A DNA stretch of 31,978 bases from an uncultured virus (IMG/VR IMGVR_UViG_2049941000_000069) (Duplodnaviria; Heunggongvirae; Uroviricota; Caudoviricetes): IMG/VR virus record IMGVR_UViG_2049941000_000069; one strand, written 5' to 3'. Shown here in pieces: positions 20,051 to 30,082 of this stretch (position 1 is its first letter; every line of letters begins with the position of its first letter). The position numbers and the translations under genes were made by a program. A model generated the notes under the pieces. The model saw only the letters and a program-made list of their open reading frames with translations. It made no database searches and had not been told where the DNA came from.

Positions 20051-20338
20051 TTATTTTTTCTTCTTTTCACCTCGAGCGCGACGGTCTCCAGCTGTGTCCG
20101 ACTTTGAGCCACGGTTCGCTGAAGAAGACTTGTATACGATTCCATGAGACGTATGCGATGCGTCTTTTCCCTTGCGAGACGCCTTGCCGTACTTCTCGTC
20201 ATGCTCTCTGTTGTGCTGAGTCAGCTCGGAGCGTTTCTTGCGCTGCTCTGGCTTCTTCTCGAACTCTGTGTCGTACTGTTTCTTCTTCTCTCGCGCTTTT
20301 GGGTGCGTGCGATAGTACTCTGCTGATTTTGATGCCAT
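20051..20338 (-). CDS. Small basic protein with a minimal His-Me/HNH-like motif
   Basis: KGKDASH...SSSANRG pattern; very Lys/Arg-rich. Confidence 0.5.
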   Translation of the reverse strand: MASKSAEYYRTHPKAREKKKQYDTEFEKKPEQRKKRSELTQHNREHDEKYGKASRKGKDASHTSHGIVYKSSSANRGSKSDTAGDRRARGEKKKK

Positions 20339-20339
20339 A

Positions 20340-20738
20340 TTAAAACTGATTTTTTACGTTGTCTATTTCATTTTCAAAATTTCTCTGCAGTGCGTCGAGC
20401 TTTTCGAACACTTCCTGCGGTATTCTCGGAGCGCCTTCGTGCCATGCCTTGAGCGACAACTTATTGAAGTTGTACTCGTCGCACTTGAGCCAGTAGTCGT
20501 TGTAGGCAAGATACTCGTCGCTCGTCACGTCGTGCTCCACACAGTATATGACGTCTTCCATGTCGATGTGATAGCAGTCTCCATAACAGAACACGCCACC
20601 CACTTCGTTGCCAATCCAGAATCCGTAAGACTTCAAATTCCACTCCCACATGCGTGCAAGCTCAACAAGATAGCTGTTGCAAGCTTTCTCCCATTGCTCT
20701 TTGAGCATGCGCTTTACTGCAGAATTTGTATTAGCCAT
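20340..20738 (-). CDS. Hypothetical phage protein, 132 aa
   Basis: Intact ORF with FWIGNEVGGVFCYGD. Confidence 0.7.
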   Translation of the reverse strand: MANTNSAVKRMLKEQWEKACNSYLVELARMWEWNLKSYGFWIGNEVGGVFCYGDCYHIDMEDVIYCVEHDVTSDEYLAYNDYWLKCDEYNFNKLSLKAWHEGAPRIPQEVFEKLDALQRNFENEIDNVKNQF

Positions 20739-20907
20739 GCAGCTCTTGTTTTGTATTGAACTTAACGAGATAGCCGTTCATTCTGCCTCTGCTGAAAGTC
20801 TTCGTCTCATAGACACCCTTCTTTATGAGGTTGTACGCTGTCTGCTTTGACTTGCCGATACGCAAAGCCAGCTCAGATATGCTAATCCATTCGTACTCTT
20901 CGTTCAT
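20731..20907 (-). CDS. Xis/MerR-like HTH protein, 58 aa (not in ORF track)
   Basis: MNEEYEWISISELALRIGKSKQTAYNLIKKG...; overlaps both neighbouring genes. Confidence 0.7.
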   Translation of the reverse strand: MNEEYEWISISELALRIGKSKQTAYNLIKKGVYETKTFSRGRMNGYLVKFNTKQELHG

Positions 20908-21539
20908 TGCTTCGTCTGTTCGTTCAACTCTTGCTCTTGAATTGCTTCTATGTTCTCTCTTGCAACTTCTTCATCTGTCTTCTTCTCGAACAGGACGCGT
21001 TCGTCCATACCCTCCAAGAACTTTGCTTTCTCTTCGTCGACTTTGCTCAGGAACTCTTTGTTTGTCATGCCATCTGTCTTTTCTGACAGCAGAACCGAGT
21101 TGCGTGCGATGTTGTGGATATACGACTCGTAGACCAAGAACTGTTCGACTTCTGACTCGCCGATAGAATAGAGCGGCTGGAAGATATTGTAGAGCCACCA
21201 GTCTGCAAATACGCAGAGATTATACTCCGTCTTGTCTTCTTTGGCCTTGAGAGATTCAAGCAGCTTGGAGAACGAGTATCCGTCCTCTGTTTTGCATTCT
21301 TCGAGATGTTCGTTTGCGATTTCAACAATTCGTTTCGTGTACAGCCAAGGACGTGATATTCCTGCAGAAGTCACGTTAGAGAAAACGTGACGATGGAATC
21401 CAGTCTCTATGACACAGTAGTCGTTGTCTGACACGAGGCGCAATCCTTTGTCCGAAAAATAAATCTCACTTGTGTTCTTTGTCCTGTCAAGATGTATGAC
21501 AGCACGTGCGATGCGACGCTGCAGCTGAGCGTTTGTCGG
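20904..21539 (-). CDS. Hypothetical protein; start in gap
   Basis: Frame open back to the gap (PTNAQLQRRIARAVIHLDRTK...FSDKGLRLV). Confidence 0.7.
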   Translation of the reverse strand, partial: PTNAQLQRRIARAVIHLDRTKNTSEIYFSDKGLRLVSDNDYCVIETGFHRHVFSNVTSAGISRPWLYTKRIVEIANEHLEECKTEDGYSFSKLLESLKAKEDKTEYNLCVFADWWLYNIFQPLYSIGESEVEQFLVYESYIHNIARNSVLLSEKTDGMTNKEFLSKVDEEKAKFLEGMDERVLFEKKTDEEVARENIEAIQEQELNEQTKQ

Positions 21540-21595
21540 NNNNNNNNNNNNNNNNNNNNNNNNNNNNNNNNNNNNNNNNNNNNNNNNNNNNNNNN

Positions 21596-22114
21596 CTTGT
21601 TTGTTTCTGCATAGATGACTGACAGGCGCATTACAAGCCCTTCGTGAGTCTTCGGAACTTTTCCGCGCATCTTGTTTGCCTTGTTGTATGCCGCAATATA
21701 GCTGGCTGCTTCCTCGTCTGAATGTATATGGTCGAACCAGTACTCGTTCTCTGGCTCCTTAACCTCTTCAGCGATACCTCCGTCCTCAATCTCCTTGGCT
21801 TCTTTTGCAAGCTCCTCTGCGCGCTTCTTGGACTCGTCGTCGAGGTCTGCGTCCTTGATGTCTTCGACGTCCATGTACTGAGGTACGATGAACACCTTCG
21901 TGATTTCACTAAACGGCTCCTGCGAGAACACTTTTACCACTCGCGGCTCCTTGTCCTTCTCTGCATCGAACGATGCAACGACATACGCCTCATAACCTGT
22001 CGAAAGCAGCACCACTGCAACGCAGTTCTTGAAACTCGACTTCCCGTCCCACTCCTTCAGCGGTATCGACGGAAGCCTCAGATAGTCAATAATCTCTCTC
22101 TTAAACTGTATCAT
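21596..22114 (-). CDS. Hypothetical acidic protein; stop in gap
   Basis: ATG just downstream of the 22142 promoter; open to the gap. Confidence 0.7.
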
Positions 22115-22141
22115 AACGTATAGTATTTAATTAGTCGTCTG

Positions 22142-22172
22142 CAAAGATACGAACAAACTTGCAATATTCCAA
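22142..22172 (-). promoter_or_regulatory. Bacteroidota promoter TTG-N20-TATCTTTG with an overlapping inverted repeat
   Basis: Minus strand reads AAACTTGGAATATTGCAAGTTTGTTCG-TATCTTTG-CAG. Confidence 0.75.
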
Positions 22173-22183
22173 GTTTTATGTAT

Positions 22184-22939
22184 TTAAACTTTGTTAATAC
22201 CGACAAGTTTGCCTATCGTCTGGCCTTTTTCGTACACCTTTAACGGAATTAGCACTTCCTTCTTCTCTTCTACCGTGTTTATGACGCTCGCAGTGTATAT
22301 GTGCTGCGCGTCCTCTTCGCTCAGGCGCTTTGCAACCATCATCGCCGACGCCTTGTCCATGCCTGTGTTTACGGTCTCTTGAACTGCCCTGCACACGTCG
22401 TACTTAGTCACGCACCAAGACTCGCCTCTACAGTCAGATTCTTCCACAGAGACAGTCGTGCGCTTGAAGTACACGGTTTTCCCGTCAGCATCAACCCTTA
22501 TGGCGATGTCGCTGTCGTTCTCTGTCCTCTGCCCGTCTCCGAGCTGCCACTGCTCTGGTAGCTGTGCCCAATCCATTATCCTGTGGTACAGGTTCTCGGT
22601 CTCCATGTTCACTTCCATGCCAGACGTCCCGCTTGCGTAGTAGTCAGTCCAGAACGCCACGAACTTCATGAATGACTTCTCGAAGTCTCCCATCGCTTTC
22701 GCTATGACGTTCTTCCTCGCGCCGAAGTCGTTCATCACCGACGATGCTCCGCCGTATATCCTGTATGCTGCCATGATGCTTGCGTGCGTCGCGCAAAGGA
22801 TGTTCGATATACGTTCGAACAGCCCAAGCTCCCGCGCCTTCTGAAAATCAAGGCCGCGAACTCCCACGACCCTGATTTTCTTCTCAACGTCTTCAGCAAT
22901 CTCCGTGCTTCCGACAAGCTCTATGTTCTCTCTTATCAT
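22184..22939 (-). CDS. Hypothetical protein, 251 aa
   Basis: Intact ORF, ATGA overlap with the upstream gene. Confidence 0.7.
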   Translation of the reverse strand: MIRENIELVGSTEIAEDVEKKIRVVGVRGLDFQKARELGLFERISNILCATHASIMAAYRIYGGASSVMNDFGARKNVIAKAMGDFEKSFMKFVAFWTDYYASGTSGMEVNMETENLYHRIMDWAQLPEQWQLGDGQRTENDSDIAIRVDADGKTVYFKRTTVSVEESDCRGESWCVTKYDVCRAVQETVNTGMDKASAMMVAKRLSEEDAQHIYTASVINTVEEKKEVLIPLKVYEKGQTIGKLVGINKV

Positions 22940-23223
22940 CGCTTCCTTCTCTCGATGTACAAGTTCCTTATCTTAATCAGCATATCGACTGCAGACGTGT
23001 CTTCGTCGTCGCCAAAGAAAGAGCACGGACAAAAAAGAACACCATTGCAAGTGAACCAAAGCTGCCCATCGTACTCTTCGATTTCAAACATCATTTTTGC
23101 AATCTGCTCTATTCTCTTGTTCTTTCGCTCTTTCTGTTTCTGTCGTACTCTGTCAAAAAATGCTTTTATACTATTCATACCCTTATTCTCTGAAATATTT
23201 GAATATACCGCCTTTTTCAGCAA
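22936..23223 (-). CDS. Hypothetical protein (start may be the internal MNSIKAFF)
   Basis: ORF coupled to the downstream gene. Confidence 0.55.
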   Translation of the reverse strand: MLKKAVYSNISENKGMNSIKAFFDRVRQKQKERKNKRIEQIAKMMFEIEEYDGQLWFTCNGVLFCPCSFFGDDEDTSAVDMLIKIRNLYIERRKR

Positions 23224-23389
23224 ACTCTCTAGTGCTCACCTTCATATACGTCTTTCCCTTGTACACGTACGGCTTCGGATTTGAGAACATCGCTTCGTAC
23301 TCTTCGTCGACGAGAACGATGTGCTTCGGGAACTTCATCTCTACTTCTATCCCGCTATGTGAATGCAGGACGTCACATCCCTTGCTCAT
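23183..23389 (-). CDS. Hypothetical protein, 68 aa
   Basis: ATGA overlap with the upstream gene; AAGGAG 7 nt upstream. Confidence 0.6.
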   Translation of the reverse strand: MSKGCDVLHSHSGIEVEMKFPKHIVLVDEEYEAMFSNPKPYVYKGKTYMKVSTREFAEKGGIFKYFRE

Positions 23390-24249
23390 TTCTTGTCTCC
23401 TTTCTTGTCTTTAGGTTTATCATTAACTTCGCCGAAGTCGGCGAACTTGTCTGCAACAGCCTGAGCCTTCTTTTCGTCTACTTTCGGCTCAAAAGCCTCT
23501 TTCACAGTTGTAGTACCCTCCTTGATTGCCGTAGCAAGACCTCGAAGTTCTACGACCATATCCGTATCAATCTCGTCAACCTTCTCGACTGACAGGTAAT
23601 CAAAAATCTGCTTTTCATCGACGCCGATTGTCTTGAAGTAAGCAAGCATATTCGCGCGGCTTGTTTCCAATGTCATTGACTCTCCTAATGACACCTTCTT
23701 CGCCTTGTCGATGGTTTTCTTGATGAGGGCGGCGGGCACGACCTTGAACACGGCGTTACGGAGAGCGATTGCGCACGCTGCATTTCCCGTCATTATCTGC
23801 ATGTCCTCGTTGTACGTCTTTCCGCTCTTGTCCGTGATACGTCTCTTCACTTCGACGGAGATTGCGGTGTTAGTCTCAAGGTCGTGACATACGCCTTGTG
23901 CCGTGATAGTCTTGCCGTCGTTTGCAATGATTCGCGCTTGAGTGCGGAGATTACCCCAAGACGACGCGACAATCTCGGCCATGCGGACGCTCGCGCCCTC
24001 GATTAGTTTTACTGAGCCGTCGCGTTCTTTTCTTCTAAGCGTATAGAAACAGCTTCCAGCCACATCTTCGTCCATCGTTGCAAGCGTCTCAATATTGTTG
24101 AGAACGCGAGAAAGGTTGCGAGGGTACTGCTTTGCCGTTGCGATTTGAGCGTCGATTTCTCCTTTTGTGAGAGCCATCAACGTCTCCGCGTTATTCACCT
24201 GCATCACTTCAACGTGCTGCTCTTCCATTGTCTGTAATTCGTTGTCCAT
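23386..24249 (-). CDS. Putative single-strand annealing / recombination protein
   Basis: EIDAQIATAKQYPRN...IEGASVRMAEIVASSWGN...HDLETN family. Function inferred from its position next to the exonuclease and SSB. Confidence 0.55.
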   Translation of the reverse strand: MDNELQTMEEQHVEVMQVNNAETLMALTKGEIDAQIATAKQYPRNLSRVLNNIETLATMDEDVAGSCFYTLRRKERDGSVKLIEGASVRMAEIVASSWGNLRTQARIIANDGKTITAQGVCHDLETNTAISVEVKRRITDKSGKTYNEDMQIMTGNAACAIALRNAVFKVVPAALIKKTIDKAKKVSLGESMTLETSRANMLAYFKTIGVDEKQIFDYLSVEKVDEIDTDMVVELRGLATAIKEGTTTVKEAFEPKVDEKKAQAVADKFADFGEVNDKPKDKKGDKK

Positions 24250-24254
24250 AATTG

Positions 24255-25156
24255 TTAATCGTTTTTATTGTTAATATTTTCTTTTTTATCAACCATTATT
24301 TTTACATACCCACGTTTGTTGCTGACTTTCTTGTACTGCTCACGAATCCGCTTTGCTTTACGCGGGTGCTTCTCAGCCATATCCTCCATAAATGACTTTG
24401 CGTCGAACGTGACCTGTTTTGTCGGTGCAACCACAGTGAATGAAAAGTCGTCACACTTAACTTTTGAAATACCGCGCTCAGACAAGAAGTTGTACAACTT
24501 TGCTTTGAAAGCTTCGATTTTCGCCTCGCGTTCCTTAATTTCACTCAAGAATGTAGCGACTTCGCTGAACTGCGTGTACACGTTTGCAGGAAGCATGTTT
24601 GCGTCAACCTCTTCATTAGGATAGTACTCAGTCAAATCCTCCAAGAAGGCGTCCACAATGTCCATTGCTTTTCCAAGGTCGTACTCCGCTTTCGAGAAGC
24701 GCACTTGCTTGACTGTAAGCCTCGAAGGGTCGAACTCATGGTCGTTGTAATCGACTTCATTCGTATCGTACACGCACAGAAGCACTCTAACCGTATAGTT
24801 GCCGACCATCTTTGCAAGCTCATTCCCAACAAGCCAGTGATGAGCGAGTTGCCATCTGTACTCTTCACGTGCTTGTCTGAACGACAGCTTCGTGGCCTTC
24901 GCTTCGCCTATCGTGATGACTTTCTTCTCGTCGTCTTGCAGTAAATAGTCGACGTGGTCTATGACTCTGCAGTTCTTGCGAGAATACTTCGTGCTTGTAA
25001 GACACGGGTTTGACTGCCACCTGTCGTCTTGAGACTTGAGCATATCAAATACCTGCATCTCAATCCTGTCTCCAGGCTGCTGNNNNNNNNNNGAGCGTCG
25101 CTTGAGCCTAAATTACCCTTGCGACTCTGTTCAATGTCTAATTTGTATTCTTCCAT
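24255..25156 (-). CDS. YqaJ / lambda-exonuclease-like PD-(D/E)xK nuclease, split by a gap
   Basis: N-terminal RKGNLGSSDA, then HVDYLL...GEAKAT and YRWQL. Confidence 0.75.
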
Positions 25157-25157
25157 T

Positions 25158-25523
25158 CTATCTGTTGTTTTGTGAGTTTATTATCTCTTCGTCAGACCTT
25201 GTCTTTATTATGTATAATTCAAGGCCGTTCACGGCGTTTGCGACAATCTCCTTACCTTTAATCTCCTGCTTGAACGAAGACAGGAAACCGAAGACTATCA
25301 CATTGTCGCCAGTGCGTGCGTTGACTTTCTCAAGGTACTTGATGACTGCAGGCTTGTAGCACATGACATTTATGTTCTGCTCAAAATTGTTGCTTGTAGA
25401 CGTTGCTCCGTCTTTGTTGTGAATCAGAACTGGCATCCATATATACGTCTGGCCGTTGACTGTCTTGCCTTTCTTTATCACGCCGCCTATTCTGCCGACG
25501 AGAATCATCAAGTTCCTGTCCAT
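25158..25523 (-). CDS. ssb: Single-stranded DNA-binding protein (OB fold, no acidic tail)
   Basis: NLMILVGRIG...GDNVIVFGFL; located in the recombination module. Confidence 0.72.
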   Translation of the reverse strand: MDRNLMILVGRIGGVIKKGKTVNGQTYIWMPVLIHNKDGATSTSNNFEQNINVMCYKPAVIKYLEKVNARTGDNVIVFGFLSSFKQEIKGKEIVANAVNGLELYIIKTRSDEEIINSQNNR

Positions 25524-25524
25524 A

Positions 25525-25728
25525 CTACTCTTCCACTACAATTACGCACTCTTTGAACTGCCCTTTTCCGATGAACGGCATAAACTGCTTGTCTGACAAT
25601 GGGCTGCTTGCGATGAAAGTTCCGTCTTCTCTCATCTTCGGTTTCTCTGTGTAGAAATACAGCTCTCCGTTCTTGTCGCGAGCTACGAACGCATTCACCT
25701 CAATTCTCTTGTTTTCGTTTTTTTCCAT
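25525..25728 (-). CDS. Hypothetical protein, 67 aa
   Basis: FVARDKNGELYFYTEKP motif. Confidence 0.65.
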   Translation of the reverse strand: MEKNENKRIEVNAFVARDKNGELYFYTEKPKMREDGTFIASSPLSDKQFMPFIGKGQFKECVIVVEE

Positions 25729-25753
25729 AATTCTCTTAATNNNNNNNNNNCCA

Positions 25754-25864
25754 TTATTTCTTGTCGCGCCTTTGATTCATTACATTGTCACAGATACAGT
25801 TGGCTACTAGTTGTATCACTGCAAAGATGGCAAGGGCAAGAATTGTCAGTAAGACTGTTTCCAT
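25754..25864 (-). CDS. 36-aa single-TM peptide
   Basis: METVLLTILALAIFAVIQLVANCICDNVMNQRRDKK*. Confidence 0.5.
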   Translation of the reverse strand: METVLLTILALAIFAVIQLVANCICDNVMNQRRDKK

Positions 25865-25875
25865 ACTCAACCAGA

Positions 25876-25959
25876 TTAATAATACTTGTTTTTGTTAATG
25901 TCCCAGAAGCAAAATATAATAATTGCTACTATTGCTGTCCCGAAAGCCCAGTGTATCAT
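25876..25959 (-). CDS. 27-aa single-TM peptide
   Basis: MIHWAFGTAIVAIIIFCFWDINKNKYY*. Confidence 0.4.
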   Translation of the reverse strand: MIHWAFGTAIVAIIIFCFWDINKNKYY

Positions 25960-25971
25960 ACGCTATACTCA

Positions 25972-26115
25972 TTAATACAGATGTTCACAAGTAATATTCC
26001 CTTCGCTTCCACCTACAACATATACATCACCATCACGATGCACAACTATAGTGCAATTCCAAATCTCTTCTGAACCATCTTTCAGGTCTTCTAATATTTT
26101 AATTAACTCTTCCAT
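25972..26115 (-). CDS. 47-aa hypothetical protein
   Basis: MEELIKILEDLKDGSEEIWNCT...; starts 1 nt after the upstream stop. Confidence 0.55.
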   Translation of the reverse strand: MEELIKILEDLKDGSEEIWNCTIVVHRDGDVYVVGGSEGNITCEHLY

Positions 26116-26116
26116 A

Positions 26117-27658
26117 TCACTCTTCTTTTATGTTTTCCTCAATATAATCTCTAAGCATAGACAGCTCCTGATTGGCATCTACTATAAGAGTTTCCAGTCT
26201 CCAAGTACATTCAGTATAGAGGCTTGGGTCTTTACCACCTGCAACAGCTACTCTCCTTGATGTCCACTTGTCTATCTCTCCGCAGAGCTTGTCAATGTCT
26301 TGTAATACCTCTTGCTTTGTCATACGCTTTCCTTGCATCGAANNNNNNNNNNNNNNNNNNNNNNNNNNNNNNNNNNNNNNNNNNNNNNNNNNGTACTCGT
26401 CTGACTGCCAGTTGGTGTAGCCGTACTCTTCTGCCTTTTCTCTAATACTTTTCATACGCTTTGCTTTTATAATTCCAACGGTTCAAAATGCTTTAATAAG
26501 TCAATACACACATCAGCCTTACCTATATAAAAAGGCCAGCGGAAATCAAAGTCTTGTTTCTTAGGCTTTGGCTTGAATTTATCAGCGACCTTGCAATAGT
26601 GGTCTCTCCAGCTTTCAAGGACTTTCTTTGGCAACCAGATGCCATCGTCCATGATTTTGNNNNNNNNNNCTTGGTCGGGAGTGAGCCAAGGATGCTTTTC
26701 CCAATGACTTACTTTACCAATAGTGATGCGAGTTTCATTGCTACAGTTCTTTGTATATTTCTGAATGTACTGTTCAACTTTGTCCGTCATACGCTTTCCT
26801 CCATATATTCTTTATAGTCCTCCGATAATTGCATCGCATTAAAACTATAGCAGTCTTCTATGGCATTATACCTCATATACTTTCCCGCATCAACAAGAAA
26901 GTAGCAAGCCTTACTGATAGCCCTTTGCTTCTGCCATTTAGCACCTGCCTTGAAACAGGATTCTAACCAACAGCTAAAATAAAAACGTTTACTGACACAA
27001 TTGCCAAATCTTTCTGCTTCTATTTTAGCAGCTTCTTCCAAATCCTCGCTAACAGGCTCTTCTGGNNNNNNNNNNAAGTGCCACATATTTACCAGTTATA
27101 TCCGCTTGCTCCAAAGAGATATTTTCGTGTACCACTTTAGAGGCATCGGGTAGTTGTGGATATAAAATATCCATTCGCCTTTCAATCTCGGCTTTTATTT
27201 TTGCTATCTTATCCATAGTTATTTCTTTAGTTGTTCAATGATGTGGTTTATATTGCTATTGCAAACAATATGTTCTTTACAATATTGCTCCGGTCTCTTG
27301 AACTGCCCTNNNNNNNNNNCTGTGCTTTATCAACAATTGTTTCTGTAAATCTGCTATTTCTTAAACAACAATAAGAACCTTGACAATATTCTTCGTATTC
27401 ACACGCATAACATTTATCTGTTATAAGAGTTGTTTTCATAACTTACTCTCCTTTCATATATTTTCTAAACGCATCAATTATGTACCTATGTCCAATAGAG
27501 TCTAAGTAAGCACAAGCCTTCTCAATAAAGACATCAGTGCGGGTGTATTCAGTACAAATCGGATAATCAGTGCGATGGTCTAATACAAAAGTACGCCCAT
27601 CTTCTGCGAACTCGCTAAGAGCAATATACAATTTCTCTGGTGCTTCGTTTGCTTTCAT
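26117..27658 (-). other. Cluster of small, tightly packed hypothetical phage genes, several cut by gaps (MKANEAPEKL, MKTTLIT, MDKIAKIKAEIERR, EEPVSEDLEEAA, MTDKVEQY, MKSIREKAEEY, MTKQEVLQD)
   Basis: Coupled short ORFs, AT-rich. Several tracked ORFs are chimeras across N gaps. Confidence 0.6.
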
Positions 27659-27908
27659 AACTTTATTTTTATTTCAAGTAAATCAAAAATCTTTTCTAAT
27701 TGGTAAACATACATAGGATTTGGCAACCACCAAGAAGCATAGCCTTGACCATCTTTAGCCAACCGTGAAGCTTCCATACTATAATCCCTGTGTGTTAGGT
27801 TTATACTTAAAAGCATTTCACCATACCTATCAGAACTAAATATACCATAATACTTTTCATCATTATATTTAGCTCGAATTTGTTTCTTAAACCCTATTTT
27901 CTCTAATA
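27655..27908 (-). CDS. C-terminal fragment of a hypothetical protein (LEKIGF...YVYQLEKIF)
   Basis: Open from the gap to the stop; overlaps the next gene start. Confidence 0.55.
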
Positions 27909-28663
27909 NNNNNNNNNNNNNNNNNNNNNNNNNNNNNNNNNNNNNNNNNNNNNNNNNNNNNNNNNNNNNNNNNNNNNNNNNNNNNNNNNNNNNNNNNNNN
28001 NNNNNNNNNNNNNNNNNNNNNNNNNNNNNNNNNNNNNNNNNNNNNNNNNNNNNNNNNNNNNNNNNNNNNNNNNNNNNNNNNNNNNNNNNNNNNNNNNNNN
28101 NNNNNNNNNNNNNNNNNNNNNNNNNNNNNNNNNNNNNNNNNNNNNNNNNNNNNNNNNNNNNNNNNNNNNNNNNNNNNNNNNNNNNNNNNNNNNNNNNNNN
28201 NNNNNNNNNNNNNNNNNNNNNNNNNNNNNNNNNNNNNNNNNNNNNNNNNNNNNNNNNNNNNNNNNNNNNNNNNNNNNNNNNNNNNNNNNNNNNNNNNNNN
28301 NNNNNNNNNNNNNNNNNNNNNNNNNNNNNNNNNNNNNNNNNNNNNNNNNNNNNNNNNNNNNNNNNNNNNNNNNNNNNNNNNNNNNNNNNNNNNNNNNNNN
28401 NNNNNNNNNNNNNNNNNNNNNNNNNNNNNNNNNNNNNNNNNNNNNNNNNNNNNNNNNNNNNNNNNNNNNNNNNNNNNNNNNNNNNNNNNNNNNNNNNNNN
28501 NNNNNNNNNNNNNNNNNNNNNNNNNNNNNNNNNNNNTATCTTCTCATCCTCTGATTCTGCGAGTTCGGGGAGAATATGGATAAGGTCTTGAAGGAAAGTC
28601 TTGCCATTATAAGACAATCGTTCCCAATTAGGCATCAGAGCCATCAACGTCTCNNNNNNNNNN

Positions 28664-28916
28664 TTCCATATATGTATTGCATTTTTTGTTATTATACCTG
28701 TCTTTAATTGTCTATTTATTACCATATAAGAGTCTCCTGATGTTTTAGATGCTTGCATAATAGAATCATAAGTTCTAATCAGTTTACCATCCCTATCATA
28801 CATTTCTAACTTTTTGGGTCGGGTTATTGAGTTTTTAACTTTCTTAATTCTGTCTTGTATGGTATGTTCATTGCCTTTGTATATCCAGATAAAGTTGTTA
28901 CAATGAGAGAGCTTGG
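28664..28916 (-). CDS. Fragment of a homing endonuclease C-terminus with tandem NUMOD1-like DNA-binding repeats
   Basis: ...SHCNNFIWIYKG...KKLEMYDRDGKLIRTYDSIMQASKTSG...HIW; bounded by gaps on both sides. Confidence 0.65.
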
Positions 28917-28945
28917 NNNNNNNNNNTGTGCCCTTATAATCATAA

Positions 28946-29323
28946 TCACAACAAGTTTAATTCGTGTAAACGCATAATCATTTCGTAGCAAGCATTAACA
29001 GGGTTATTAAAACACTCTGTTTTATAATTATTGGGCTTCATAAATTCATCATAGTATTGAATCCAATAATATCCCATGTAATTAGATTCTAATGACGGAC
29101 GACCTATATTTAGATTCTTAGGCAAAACGCTAAGCAATGCTGCAAGACTCCAACAAGGAATACCATATTCTTCAAGAAAATGTATATGCCCTTCTTTTAA
29201 TATCATTGGATATTCTGTATCAACAATATCTTTAGGATAAGTTTCATCTTCTGGTTCTTCATTATAAAACATATCCGCACTTTCAAGCGGAAGTATCTCT
29301 GCCAACTTCTTTGATTGTTCCAG
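28946..29323 (-). CDS. Body of a conserved phage hypothetical protein (LEQSKKLAEILPLESADM...PCWSLAALL...ACYEMIMRLHELNLL), separated from its presumed first 9 codons
   Basis: No start codon immediately before LEQSKK; the matching N-terminus MTTIKSYTD sits at 29889-29915. Confidence 0.65.
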   Translation of the reverse strand: MEQSKKLAEILPLESADMFYNEEPEDETYPKDIVDTEYPMILKEGHIHFLEEYGIPCWSLAALLSVLPKNLNIGRPSLESNYMGYYWIQYYDEFMKPNNYKTECFNNPVNACYEMIMRLHELNLL

Positions 29324-29425
29324 TAATCTGCTGCAGCATGCGAGCGTCNNNNNNNNNNNNNNNNNNNNNNNNNNNNNNNNNNNNNNNNNNNNNNNNNNNN
29401 NNNNNNNNNNNNNNNNNNNNNNNNN

Positions 29426-29915
29426 TACCCTCACAACAAATACATATATTAGCGTGGTCTATACCTTCGTTTCTTTCCGCTTCTGCAATACTTTTATACT
29501 CGCAAATGAGATTTCCTTCCAAATCATATTTTGAAATTGGTTTTTTATTGTTTTTGGCAGAAATACGTTCTATACAAGTACCGTAGTTGGTATTATATTT
29601 AGCAGTACACCACTCTAAATTTTCTACTTGGTTGTTTGTTTTATCTTCGTCTTTGTGGTTTATATATGGATAGTTATTAGGGTTAGGTATAAACGCCTGC
29701 GCAACAAGTCTATGAACTCTTTCATTTTTTCTTTGCCCCTTGCCATCATGCAACAAAACAACACAATACCCATGTGTACCAACACAAGTGGATAGAAGAT
29801 GTGGTTCTTTTTTACGAAAAGACTTAACCCTTCCGAAAGAAGATACTTGATAAAGTCCCTCCCATCCTACAACGTCTTTCCATATTTCGTCAGTATATGA
29901 TTTAATTGTTGTCAT
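29426..29915 (-). CDS. NUMOD4-HNH-NUMOD1 homing endonuclease; 3' end in gap
   Basis: EIWKDVVGWEGLYQVSSFGRVKS; VHRLVAQAFIPNPNNYPYINHKDEDKTNNQVENLEWCT; KYDLEGNLICEYKSIAEAER. Confidence 0.93.
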
Positions 29916-29917
29916 AG

Positions 29918-30082
29918 TTATTTCTCATTACTTTCAACATAAAACTCCTCATCACACATACTCCCATCCAGATAGGTCTGATGTGGGTCTTTGTTAGTAC
30001 CCAACTGCCACCTTAGACAAGTAAGTCTTTTTGGACAGCTGTCATTCATACAGGCTGCTATGTCTTCATTATGATACGCCAT
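29918..30082 (-). CDS. 54-aa Cys-rich hypothetical protein (not in ORF track)
   Basis: MAYHNEDIAACMNDSCPKRLTCLRW...MCDEE...; AAGGAG 8 nt upstream. Confidence 0.6.
   Translation of the reverse strand: MAYHNEDIAACMNDSCPKRLTCLRWQLGTNKDPHQTYLDGSMCDEEFYVESNEK

Noticed and set aside
27655..28803. 382-aa ORF
   Set aside because: Three unrelated fragments linked by N runs.
29324..29888. Group I intron or intein around the second HNH
   Set aside because: No room or visible P3-P7 core on the 5' side and no intein terminal residues; the 3' junction is gapped, so it is unsupported rather than excluded.
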